Shown: positions 1-8,861 of the stretch, piece by piece
Layout of the letters: each line of letters opens with the position of its first letter
Numbering within the stretch: position 1 is the stretch's first letter
Source of the DNA: Candidatus Staskawiczbacteria bacterium
Lineage (GTDB): Bacteria > Patescibacteriota > Minisyncoccia > Minisyncoccales > Staskawiczbacteraceae
Direction of reading: 5' to 3'
Assembly (NCBI GenBank): GCA_026395215.1
Contig: JAPLZC010000010.1
Coordinates: forward strand, 71,371 to 135,370
DNA: 64,000 nt
The notes under the pieces: generated by a model
Seen by the model: the letters and a program-made list of their open reading frames with translations, nothing else
The model's database searches: none
What the model was told of the DNA's origin: nothing
Translations under genes and position numbers: made by a program

Positions 1-38
1 CCCTTTTTGATTTCTTTTTCCATAGTATTATCCTACCA

Positions 39-67
39 AAAAACCGCCTAGATTAAAAGCGGTTTTT
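39..67 (-). terminator. Rho-independent terminator after paralog P1
   Basis: Plus strand AAAAACCGC (39-47) and GCGGTTTTT (59-67) form a 9-bp inverted repeat with an 11-nt loop. On the minus strand the hairpin runs into GCGGUUUUUUGG. It starts 8 nt downstream of the P1 stop codon (76-78). Confidence 0.6.
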
Positions 68-75
68 ATACTTCT

Positions 76-1737
76 TTAAGCTACTTCGCGTTGGTAGCAG
101 TCTAGGCAGGCTATTTTTTGGAAGGCTAGCTCTGGGCTGTAATAATGTTCTATGTCTTTTTTGCAAAAGTGACAAACTCCGTTTTGCTTGGTTACCATAT
201 AACTAAACGGTTTGAAGCGCTCAAGGGTGCGCCAATCAAAATGTCTGCGTGGAAGTGGAATATTGTGCTCACGGTAGAATTGCAACTCATCTTTAGTAAT
301 ATTATAGCTAAGCTTTGTTTCGGGGCACAGAATGCGTTGTTTTACAATTTCATCCTTAACTTGTTCAATTGTGTCTGGCAAATCATCTCCGCTGATAATA
401 TTTTCGTAGTGAGGCTCAACAGTCTCTTCCCATTTAGCGCCAAACTTAAGAGCCTCGTCTTTCGTCATAGGAAACATCATTTGTGCCAAAGAAAGATTAT
501 ATCTGGAATATGCAGCCGAAAGCGGGAAAAACTTCCCCCACTCTCCCCTATTTTTCATATCGCTTTTGATTTTTTCAACCAACGTTTTGTATCCTTCTTC
601 AGAATACTGTTTGTTCAAAATACAATATTTCTTTTTTCGTAGGCCCACGCAACCAAAACAATATTCTGATTCATCGCAAGCATCTAAATAACTGCTAAAA
701 CGGCAACTCGAGGCATAAAGATTACACGTGTTGTTATAACCCACTTGGTCTAACGCTCCTAACCCGCATTTTTCAGACTTAAAAGGACTTATTGAATCAA
801 TGATTTCTTTACTTTGGAAACCCCTAAAAATATAACGACAATTTTCTGATTCTTCATAGAAATAACATTGATAACAATTTTTATCGTTTGTCAGGATGTT
901 TCCTGTTGTGTTAGCAACCTGTACATTATAATGCGGGCGATGCACTGCGTCACTTTTTATGTGCTGCCAGAATTCTTTTTTTAATTTCTCAATTGAAGAG
1001 CGAGACAAAAGATTGTATTCCTCAATTTTCTTAAAATAATCTTCTTTAGAATATGGCTGGTTTAAAATGCAATACTTCTGATTTCTTAAATTCCAAGACA
1101 TAAAACAATTCTGACAATTTCTGCAGTCATACAGAAAATAGCTGTCCATACAATCACGGCAGTTAAAAGAATATTTTAGATTGTAACTCTTGAAACAGTA
1201 CAAACAGTCGTAACAACGATCCAAATCAAAGGAATAAGTTATATCAATTGAATTTTTGCAGTTGGCTAATCGATATCCATAAATAATATTTTCAAGTCCT
1301 ACGGCTGAGCGTGTTAAATAAGCGTCCTTTGATTCCCAAACATCATCAGTCCAGTCAGAGTTTGTATTTTTCAGGCCCTCCTGATGCGGGTGTGGCACTC
1401 TTGATTGTAATTCAACAAGCTGGTCAATAAATGGCCTTGACTGGTCATAATCTTTGCCATATGTAAGAGGATCCCAGGCATCGGACACAAACTCGGCACG
1501 GTCATATATAGGAAAAGGCACAGATTCTGGAAAAACCGTTATAATTGTCTTGCCACTTAAAGCTGACTTTGCAATCCTAAACCTCCCAAAAACCCAAAAA
1601 GCCAAAAGATATTTCCACCGACAAACCGGACACATTGCCGGCGCAGGCAAATCCATCTTCTCATAAAAATCAAAATCCTCCGACTCGATTGTAAACTCGT
1701 TATGACAGTTTTGACAAATTTTAGTTTGATTATCCAT
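76..1737 (-). CDS. Cys-rich multi-zinc-ribbon protein, array member P1 (most divergent; function unknown)
   Basis: 553-aa ORF. N-terminal ribbon CQNCHNEFTIESEDFDFYEKMDLPAPAMCPVCR. Two halves each ending in a cap (CFMSWNLRNQKYCILNQPYSKEDY and CFGCVGLRKKKYCILNKQYSEEGY). WGKFFP..YNLS core. C-terminal CHFC...ACLDCYQREVA. The internal FY-ribbon has lost most of its Cys. Confidence 0.9.
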   Translation of the reverse strand: MDNQTKICQNCHNEFTIESEDFDFYEKMDLPAPAMCPVCRWKYLLAFWVFGRFRIAKSALSGKTIITVFPESVPFPIYDRAEFVSDAWDPLTYGKDYDQSRPFIDQLVELQSRVPHPHQEGLKNTNSDWTDDVWESKDAYLTRSAVGLENIIYGYRLANCKNSIDITYSFDLDRCYDCLYCFKSYNLKYSFNCRDCMDSYFLYDCRNCQNCFMSWNLRNQKYCILNQPYSKEDYFKKIEEYNLLSRSSIEKLKKEFWQHIKSDAVHRPHYNVQVANTTGNILTNDKNCYQCYFYEESENCRYIFRGFQSKEIIDSISPFKSEKCGLGALDQVGYNNTCNLYASSCRFSSYLDACDESEYCFGCVGLRKKKYCILNKQYSEEGYKTLVEKIKSDMKNRGEWGKFFPLSAAYSRYNLSLAQMMFPMTKDEALKFGAKWEETVEPHYENIISGDDLPDTIEQVKDEIVKQRILCPETKLSYNITKDELQFYREHNIPLPRRHFDWRTLERFKPFSYMVTKQNGVCHFCKKDIEHYYSPELAFQKIACLDCYQREVA

Positions 1738-1754
1738 AGTTTTTCTTATCCGCC

Positions 1755-1817
1755 CTAGGACGGATCAGCCTTGGGCTGACAATTTTGACATGCTTTTGTT
1801 TCTGATTTATGTTCCAT
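1755..1817 (-). pseudogene. Relic 5' fragment of an array paralog (20 codons)
   Basis: Minus strand reads ATG GAA CAT AAA TCA GAA ACA AAA GCA TGT CAA AAT TGT CAG CCC AAG GCT GAT CCG TCC TAG, i.e. MEHKSETKACQNCQPKADPS*. The KACQNCQ start of the family ribbon runs straight into a GC-rich element and a stop codon. Confidence 0.6.
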
Positions 1818-1845
1818 GTTTCAAGTTTTATGTTTCAAGTTTTAT
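1818..1845. repeat. Tandem direct repeat, 14 bp x2 (GTTTCAAGTTTTAT)
   Basis: Identical units at 1818-1831 and 1832-1845, between the P2 stop (1849-1851) and the relic start codon. Confidence 0.85.
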
Positions 1846-1848
1846 GTC

Positions 1849-3522
1849 TTACGCCACCTCGGCTTGGTAGCAACTTTCGCAATAGACTATCTCCGGCCTT
1901 TCTGGCGCGTAGCTGGTCTCAAATTCATTTGTGCACCCCGACTTCATACATTGGCGATGCCAAAGCTTTCTAGGGGGACGAAGCGAAATCTTTTTTAGAT
2001 ATCTGCACTGTGGACAGCAACGTGGAATTGGCATATTAAATTTGCGATACAGCTCTAGTTCTGCTGTGACAATATTATAATTTTTATTACATTCTATACA
2101 ACGCAATGCCTCCTTTAAAATACCATCTGAAATATCTGTAATACTGTCAGGAATGTTTTCTGGTGGTAATGTTTCTTTGCCAAACGTCCCCGCCACTAAT
2201 TCCTCCCACTTCATTCCCAACGCAACTGCCTCTTCTTTCGACCTTGGCATATATATTGCTCCCTGCGTTTCATTGTAGCCAAATGGCGATAATGAAAATG
2301 GAAAAAATTCTCCATATTCACCGGTTGACTTCATGTGTTCAATAATTTTATTTTTAAGATCTTGGTACTCTTTTGCTTCATATGCCTTATTAAAAATCGT
2401 GTAACTTCCATGCTTAATACCAACGCACCCGAATAAATTCTCGCTATTATGACATGAATCACAATACATAATATGCGAGTCATCATAACTTAAGTGCGAA
2501 AACATCACATTATATCCATGCACAATTGCATGTGATTCATATATAAGTTCTGTGCTAAAGCCAAAATGATAAGAATCCATGGAATCTTTCACATCTGGAC
2601 AGACAAGACAATATTTGGTATTTTCAACCTTATCTGCATCAAAAACAAACTTGCAGTTCTTTGAATCCGTAATCATATTTCCAGAAACATTTACCGATTT
2701 ATCAGTAACCGCAAATCGGTGCACTGTTTTTTTAGAAATAAGATTTTTATATGCAATATATAGCTTGTCCCTAACCAAACTTGACGCTAAATCATAATCT
2801 GCAATTTTCTTCTCATATTCTTCCTTCGTATATTGCTGATTTTCAAAAACATAACTTTTATTTCTCAAGTTGGAAGACAAAAAACAATGTTGGCACCCCC
2901 TGCAATCAAAACAATACAAGCAATCTGTACAGTCGCGCAATAAATTTCCGAACTGACACTGGTAAATTCGTGCGGAATCTGAACATTCATAGCATAATTC
3001 CGAGGCATCCGTCATCCTGTATAATTCCATCGAATCACGGGATTTCCCCCATACATTTGTCGCATAAAGAACATTTTCAGAATCAAATACGGCAAAACAT
3101 AAATAACAATTTTTGTTATTATTTGAGTGATTTGTATATTCAGAATTTGTGCTATTTTTAGTGAGCAAAGCTATACGTGGAACCTGAAGTTGTAATTCCT
3201 TGAATTGTTCAAAAAATGGACGAGCAAAATCAAAATCCCTTCCGTAGGAGAACGGATCCCATTTATCAGACCACCAACATGGTGGACAGTAAACTTTATA
3301 TGGCTTATTCGATGAGTAAATCGTTACGGTACTTTTCCCGCATAAATCGCAGTTGCGTCTATAAAGCATCCTTTCATTTCTCCAAGCATGACGCCTCAAC
3401 GATCTGCACTCCGGGCACCAGGTTGGTGAGGGCACTTTCATTTTTTCATAAAATGCAAAATCCTCCGACTCAATTACAAAGTCTTTTTTGCAATTCTGAC
3501 AATTTTTTGTTTCTTGATTCAT
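1849..3522 (-). CDS. Cys-rich multi-zinc-ribbon protein, array member P2
   Basis: 557-aa ORF. CQNCKKDFVIESEDFAFYEKMKVPSPTWCPECR; second intact ribbon CDLCGK...YCPPCWWSDKWDP; run CTDCLYCFDCRGCQHC; YGEFFPFSLSPFGYNET; CIECNKNYNIVTAELELYRKFNMPIPRCCPQCR; GCTNEFETSYAPERPEIVYCESCYQAEVA. I count about 34 Cys by hand. Confidence 0.92.
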   Translation of the reverse strand: MNQETKNCQNCKKDFVIESEDFAFYEKMKVPSPTWCPECRSLRRHAWRNERMLYRRNCDLCGKSTVTIYSSNKPYKVYCPPCWWSDKWDPFSYGRDFDFARPFFEQFKELQLQVPRIALLTKNSTNSEYTNHSNNNKNCYLCFAVFDSENVLYATNVWGKSRDSMELYRMTDASELCYECSDSARIYQCQFGNLLRDCTDCLYCFDCRGCQHCFLSSNLRNKSYVFENQQYTKEEYEKKIADYDLASSLVRDKLYIAYKNLISKKTVHRFAVTDKSVNVSGNMITDSKNCKFVFDADKVENTKYCLVCPDVKDSMDSYHFGFSTELIYESHAIVHGYNVMFSHLSYDDSHIMYCDSCHNSENLFGCVGIKHGSYTIFNKAYEAKEYQDLKNKIIEHMKSTGEYGEFFPFSLSPFGYNETQGAIYMPRSKEEAVALGMKWEELVAGTFGKETLPPENIPDSITDISDGILKEALRCIECNKNYNIVTAELELYRKFNMPIPRCCPQCRYLKKISLRPPRKLWHRQCMKSGCTNEFETSYAPERPEIVYCESCYQAEVA

Positions 3523-3526
3523 AATT

Positions 3527-5203
3527 TTATGCTAATTCTTGTTGATAACATTTTTCGCAGTAAATTGTTTCTGATCTGTCCGGAGCAAAGGCGGTTATTA
3601 TGTCTGCGTTGCATTTAGCGCAATTTCGTTTATAAAATTTTGGCATATTAATTTTATTGAAACGGACTTGGTCTCGACATTTTGGACAACAGTCAGGAAC
3701 CGGTAGATTCAAGTTCTTTAAAATATTGTATTCAATCTTAGTAATTTTATACTTTTTAGAACAATTAGTGCAGGCTATAACTTCCTTCATAATTGATTCG
3801 TTTACGCCGTCGGAACCATCCGGCAAATCATTGCCAGATATTGTGGCCTCTATAACGGGCTCAGAATCTTCATTCCAGAAATAACCCTCCGCAATTGCTT
3901 GCTCTTTTGTCTTTGGAAAAAACTTTTGGGCGTTAGATGTGTTATAAGCGCAATTGCTAAATGCTGGAGGAAAAAATTCGCCGTATTCTCCTCTCTTTTT
4001 CATATCTTGAATAATTTTATCACGTAGCTCAAGGTACTCCTCTTTTTCATATGGCTTATTTAGGATTGAATATTGTTTTCTTTTTAAATTGACACAACCA
4101 AAATTATTTTTACCAGATATGCACCAAAAAGAATATTCGATACCTAGAACATCCGGAAAACAATAATAAGAAAACTTTACACTACTGGCATTATCACCAA
4201 TGTTAGCTGATTCATAAATAAGCTCTGCTTCATTGCCCCAACCAGAATAATCCATAGAGTCCCGAACTGAAGCAACGCTGATAAATTGGCACCACTTACA
4301 ATTCTCGGTTCCAGAACAAATATACATTTCTTTAGAATTTTTTGACTCATAAACATACTCTCCAGTTGTATTAAGATTAAAGCTATTACCGGTATATGAG
4401 CGATAGGGAAATTTTTTCCAAAACTCTTGGGCCTCTTTTCTAAATTTTTTAATTCCTGAACGCGTATTAAGATTTAATTCTTTTACCTTCTCAAGATACT
4501 CTTCTTTAGAATATTTTTGATTGAATATTTGATAACTGCCTCCGCGCAAGTTTACGCATCCAATACAATTTTGACAGCTGTAACAATTACGGGAAAACCA
4601 AGTATCTACACAGGAATCGCATTCTTCTGAATAAAGAACTCTGTAAGATTTATTTTGTCCTATTGATTCATAGCAAAGTTGCGACTCTCTGATACGCAAA
4701 CAATCAGACGTATCTTTAACGCCGTTTAAAATAGAAGAATAACTGACATTTTCGCAATAATCAGCCCAGAAAATCATCATGCAATTCTTTGAATAAGCTA
4801 TAGCATTGCAATACTCACAATTTTCAAGAGTAAGATGTGTCGCCTCAAGAGCGCAATAAGGAGTTTTTTCAGCAAGTTGTTTGACTTGCTCTAAAAACGA
4901 ACGCGTAGGATCATAATCTCTAGCGTAGTCTGCCCCATCCCAACCATCACCCCACCAACAAGGGTTACAATATACTGTAATTTTTTGAGAAGGTGGATAC
5001 ATGGAAAGCGTACGCTTACCACACTTGTCACAATTACGCCAAAAAACTGAATAAGAATTAATGGCAGCCATTCTCCTAATCAACCTACATTGCGAACACC
5101 AAGTCGGCGCAGGCACCTTCATCTTCTCATAGAATGCAAAATCATCGGGCTCAATTACAAAGTCCTGCTTACAGTTTTGACATGATCTTTTTTCTTGTTC
5201 CAT
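3527..5203 (-). CDS. Cys-rich multi-zinc-ribbon protein, array member P3
   Basis: 558-aa ORF, 4 nt after P4 and 4 nt before P2. CQNCKQDFVIEPDDFAFYEKMKVPAPTWCSQCR; CDKCGK...YCNPCWWGDGWD; FGCVNLKRKQYSILNKPYEKEEY; CTNCSKKYKITKIEYNILKNLNLPVPDCCPKCR; CAKCNADIITAFAPDRSETIYCEKCYQQELA. Confidence 0.92.
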   Translation of the reverse strand: MEQEKRSCQNCKQDFVIEPDDFAFYEKMKVPAPTWCSQCRLIRRMAAINSYSVFWRNCDKCGKRTLSMYPPSQKITVYCNPCWWGDGWDGADYARDYDPTRSFLEQVKQLAEKTPYCALEATHLTLENCEYCNAIAYSKNCMMIFWADYCENVSYSSILNGVKDTSDCLRIRESQLCYESIGQNKSYRVLYSEECDSCVDTWFSRNCYSCQNCIGCVNLRGGSYQIFNQKYSKEEYLEKVKELNLNTRSGIKKFRKEAQEFWKKFPYRSYTGNSFNLNTTGEYVYESKNSKEMYICSGTENCKWCQFISVASVRDSMDYSGWGNEAELIYESANIGDNASSVKFSYYCFPDVLGIEYSFWCISGKNNFGCVNLKRKQYSILNKPYEKEEYLELRDKIIQDMKKRGEYGEFFPPAFSNCAYNTSNAQKFFPKTKEQAIAEGYFWNEDSEPVIEATISGNDLPDGSDGVNESIMKEVIACTNCSKKYKITKIEYNILKNLNLPVPDCCPKCRDQVRFNKINMPKFYKRNCAKCNADIITAFAPDRSETIYCEKCYQQELA

Positions 5204-5207
5204 AATT

Positions 5208-6973
5208 TTACAGTATTTCTTGTTGATAACACTGTTCGCAGTAAACTATTTCTGGTTGGTCTGGAGCGTATACTGTTTCAAACTCATTGGGACATTGTCC
5301 TTCACCGTGGGAATGTTTAGCGGTGTTTTGGTAGACACCATTTTCTGATTTTTGTCCCCCGCATTGGCACTCTCTTTTATACAAACTTAATTTGGTACGC
5401 TGATTAATTCTTTCAGAATGACGACAGCTTGAACATAGCAACGGCAAAGGTAAATTCATACTGCGATAAAATGCCAGCTCATCTGGCAATATTTTAAACG
5501 CCAGTGTGCATTGGTCATTGCATTTCCCGGCATGTTCGCATCCAATAATTTCTGCGGTAATAGAATCTGGCACATCCTTAATGTTGTCTGGTAAATCATC
5601 TGCCTGCTTAGTAACTTTATAATTACGTTGGGCAGCATCGCGCCAGCTAAAACCAAGCTTTTCTGCCTGCTCCTTGGTAATTGGAAAATTTTCCTGCGCT
5701 ATTGTCTCGTTATAAGCAAACGGTGAAAGCTCTACTGGAAAATATTCGCCATATTTGTAAACTCGCCCCTTTAAGTCTGTGTAAGGGTTGTCATCCATGT
5801 GTTTTTTAATTTTTGCAACCATCTCTTCATACTCTTCCTTAGTATACTGCTTGTTAAATATACAGTACTCCTTCTTTCTCAGTCCAATACAGCCAAATAG
5901 GTTAGATGACGACTGGCACATATAAGAATACTCAATATCGTGCACATTCTCTTGGACATTGTAACAAAACTTAATGTTGTTAGTGCCAAGTCCGCAGGCA
6001 GTGCACTCATAAATTTGTTGGTTGCCCGCTCCCCAGGTAGTATAATCGTAACAATCTTTGGATCCCGGTGGCTCTTGCATATACTGGCAATAGCGCAAAT
6101 TCTCTCCTTCGCGCACTAAGAATGAATCGTGCACATTGCGAGAGTGTGAAATATAATTTCCGGAAACGTTTGTATTCTGCAGTCCATTAATATATTTATT
6201 TGGAAACTTCAGCCAAAATTGCCCGGCTTTTTTTCGCATCTTTTGCAATGCCGCACTTGACCCAATATTAAACTCTGCAATTTTTTTAAAATAATCTTCT
6301 TTGCTATATTGCTCATTAAAAATGCAAAATGATTTTTTACGCAATCCAACGCATCCAAAGCAGTCATTTATGCCTACGCAATCTTTACAGAAAGCAATAT
6401 CATAAGACCCTTCGCACTGTGAAGAATAAATAGCGTTACGGCAAGATGCTAACCAAAAACCTTCATAACAACGTTCTGTTTTTGAAATATGTGAACAATC
6501 TACACAACCCTTTGCCTCCCCCAAGCCATTGCAGTACATGCAATCCTCTGCACCTTGACCATTGAAAATTAAGTAACAATTCTTTGGGTCAGTTAAATTA
6601 TTAACATAATCGCTTTTTACTTTTTCAGCGGTACAGTGTGCAATAATTCTTTAAACTGCTCAAAAAAAGTTTTAGATTCGTCAAAATCTTTGCCATATGT
6701 CATTGGGTCCCAAGAGTCAGTAAGCCAAATTTCTTTTTCATAAACCTTTACGGGCGCATCTGGCGCAAATGCCGAGAAAATATCTTTGCCCGAACAATCA
6801 CTTTTTCTCTTAAACAAACTCCTCTCATTCCTAAACGCCATACGTCGTTGCGCCCGACAAAGCCAACAAAACGTCGGCGCCGGCACTTTCATCCTCTCAT
6901 AGAAGTTAAGATCCTCTTGGTCGATTATAAACTCTTGCTGACAATTCTGACAAACTTTATTTTGACTATCCAT
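5208..6973 (-). pseudogene. Array member P4, split by a frameshift (ORFs 6617-6973 and 5208-6539)
   Basis: The N-terminal 118 aa (MDSQNKVCQNCQQEF...VPLKK*) stop at 6617. The next frame reads ...KVKSDYVNNLTDPKNCYLIFNGQGAEDCMYCNGLG and continues to the normal family C-terminus (CPNEFETVYAPDQPEIVYCEQCYQQEIL). The two frames overlap at CTGAAAAAGTAAAAAGCG (minus strand, about 6610-6627). Confidence 0.8.
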
Positions 6974-7051
6974 AGTTTTAAGGTTAAATTAATTACTTTA
7001 ATACTACCAAAAAACTGGGTGAATTGGAAGGTGGTTTCGGCTATATAATGG

Positions 7052-7081
7052 TTACGCCACCTCTGCTTGGTAGCACTGCTC
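7052..7081 (-). pseudogene. Relic 3' fragment of an array paralog (last 9 codons plus stop)
   Basis: Minus strand reads GAG CAG TGC TAC CAA GCA GAG GTG GCG TAA, i.e. EQCYQAEVA*, the family C-terminal signature. It lies downstream of the real P5 stop and is separated from it by a GC-rich insert. Confidence 0.6.
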
Positions 7082-7116
7082 GTCCGCCTTCGCTAAAGCT
7101 TCGGCGAGACTTCGGC
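7082..7116. other. Short GC-rich element in an AT-rich intergenic region
   Basis: TCCGCCTTCGCTAAAGCTTCGGCGAGACTTCGGCC lies between the P5 stop (7120) and the relic paralog 3' end. Its composition contrasts sharply with the flanks. Confidence 0.5.
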
Positions 7117-7119
7117 CTT

Positions 7120-8781
7120 TTATGCAACCTCTTGCTGGTAGCAGGCCTCGCAGTAAACTATCTCCTTACGGTCGGGCGAATAACTTGTTTCGAATTCGTT
7201 GGTACATCCTGGCTTCATACACTGGCGGTGCCAAAGTTTGCGGGGATTGCGCTTTTTCATTCGATCTTGGTGCCTACATTCAAAATCTTTGTGTGGCAAA
7301 GGTAAATTCATTCTCTTATAGAAATCCAATTCTGCTTTTGTAATGCGAAAATTCTTCTTACAATCTTTGCAAACCAAAACTTCCTTTAAAATATCGTCTG
7401 CAACCTCTATTATGGTTTGAGGCATGTCCTCTTCCTTAATTGTTTCCTTACCAAAAGTGCCGGTGGTTTGGTTCTGCCAATTGAATCCTCTTTCTTTAGC
7501 TTCATTTTCAGTAATTGGGAAATACTCATATCCAAGCGTTTCATTAAAGCCAAATGGAGCAAGTTTTGCGGGAAAAAACTGCCCGTAGGTTCCATCTCTT
7601 TTCATCTGTTCATCAATTTGTCCCTTTATCTTATAAAATTCCTCTTTGCTATATTCTTTATTAAGAACCATGTATTCACCCTTGCGTATAGCATTGCATC
7701 CAATAGCGCTTGTAAGGTTGTGGCAATTTTCAGAGTATTCTACTTCATTAGAATAAAACACAAAAGCACAATTTTTACATTTACTGCTCTGTAAAATACC
7801 CATCATATTATAACAAAGCTCTGATTTGTAGTAATAATTATTACAGTCTGCGCTATCAATTGGACCGTCAGTGTCAGCCATGTAAGAACAGTTTTTTGAG
7901 TCAGAAGTATCAAATACTCTAACCCCATCATAACAATTAAAAAGATAATCTCCTGTGACGTTGTGGCATTTTACTTGAGAAGCATATTTAACCATTGTTT
8001 TGCTTTTCAATTCCGCAAATTCTTTTTTCGCCTGCTCGATACTTTCATAACTGGAAAAAATTTCTGCTTTCTTCTTCTCAAATTCTTCCTTTGTGTATTT
8101 TACATTAAAAATTGAATTAGAAATGTTTCTTCCGTTTGTGCAGAAAACACAATCGTTTGAATTGCGCATATTGTAACAAAAAATCAAACCCACAGAGGAT
8201 TGACACTGCTCACAATATAAACATTTAGAACACGCATGTGCATCTATACATTCGTAACACGACTCAGAATCATAAATAAATGCGCAATCAACGCAACCCT
8301 TAGATCTTTGAAGCAATCTTCCATATAAACAATCCTGGTTATCATCTGCTGCAAAAATCAAATAACAATCTTTATTATCAGCAGCGCCATTTGTATACTC
8401 GCTCCTCACAGAATTTAAGTTCATTAAAGCAAGCCGTGGAACTTTTCTTTGTAATTCTCCGTATTGTTCAAAAAAGGTTTTATTCGCATCATAATCTTGA
8501 GCAAAACTTTTTGGGTCCCATTTGTCTGACCACCAGCATTCACTGCAATATATAGTATACTTGCTGTCTTTTGTATACAAAGAAATTATATCTTTTTTAC
8601 ACAAATCACACGATCTTTTATAAAGAGTTCTTTCATTTCTAAATACCAAGCGTCTCATCGTCCTACAATCGGGACAATCAAGCGGAGGGACAGTTTTTAC
8701 CTGTTCATAAAAAACCAGGTCCTCAGCCCTTATCACAAAATCCCTTTTACATGTCTGACACTGCTTTGTTTGATTATCCAT
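7120..8781 (-). CDS. Cys-rich multi-zinc-ribbon protein, array member P5
   Basis: The ORF track starts at 8856, but the family-conserved start MDNQTKQCQTCKRDF is the ATG at 8779-8781. The 25-codon extension would cover the upstream terminator hairpin. CDLCKK...YCSECWWSDKWDP; CKDCKKNFRITKAELDFYKRMNLPLP; GCTNEFETSYSPDRKEIVYCEACYQQEVA. Confidence 0.88.
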   Translation of the reverse strand: MDNQTKQCQTCKRDFVIRAEDLVFYEQVKTVPPLDCPDCRTMRRLVFRNERTLYKRSCDLCKKDIISLYTKDSKYTIYCSECWWSDKWDPKSFAQDYDANKTFFEQYGELQRKVPRLALMNLNSVRSEYTNGAADNKDCYLIFAADDNQDCLYGRLLQRSKGCVDCAFIYDSESCYECIDAHACSKCLYCEQCQSSVGLIFCYNMRNSNDCVFCTNGRNISNSIFNVKYTKEEFEKKKAEIFSSYESIEQAKKEFAELKSKTMVKYASQVKCHNVTGDYLFNCYDGVRVFDTSDSKNCSYMADTDGPIDSADCNNYYYKSELCYNMMGILQSSKCKNCAFVFYSNEVEYSENCHNLTSAIGCNAIRKGEYMVLNKEYSKEEFYKIKGQIDEQMKRDGTYGQFFPAKLAPFGFNETLGYEYFPITENEAKERGFNWQNQTTGTFGKETIKEEDMPQTIIEVADDILKEVLVCKDCKKNFRITKAELDFYKRMNLPLPHKDFECRHQDRMKKRNPRKLWHRQCMKPGCTNEFETSYSPDRKEIVYCEACYQQEVA

Positions 8782-8817
8782 AATTTTGCAGTTATTTTTA
8801 TTATCTAATCCTAACAA

Positions 8818-8845
8818 AAAACCACCCAAATTAAAAGGTGGTTTT
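8818..8845 (-). terminator. Rho-independent terminator after ATPase-A
   Basis: AAAACCACC (8818-8826) and GGTGGTTTT (8837-8845) with a 10-nt loop. On the minus strand the hairpin is followed by a U-run (GGUGGUUUUUUGUU). It lies 16 nt downstream of the ATPase-A stop at 8862. Confidence 0.65.
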
Positions 8846-8861
8846 GGTAAAAACATATTAT

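Noticed and set aside
1-23. Start of another minus-strand gene at the left edge (ATGGAAAAAGAAATCAAAAAGGG, MEKEIKKG...)
   Set aside because: Only 7-8 codons are visible. A GATAAT box 3 nt upstream is suggestive, but the gene cannot be identified or shown to be another array member.
6600-6630. Programmed -1 ribosomal frameshift in P4
   Set aside because: The tract is only G AAA AAG (A5), not the A AAA AAG heptamer, and I see no clear downstream stem-loop or upstream SD-like stimulator. Pseudogenisation or a sequencing indel is more parsimonious, so it is kept only as a low-priority check.
8782-8856. 25-codon N-terminal extension of P5 (MFLPKPPFNLGGFLLGLDNKNNCKI)
   Set aside because: It would translate through the ATPase-A terminator hairpin. 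The family-conserved start MDNQTKQCQTC begins at 8781, and no other paralog has such an extension.
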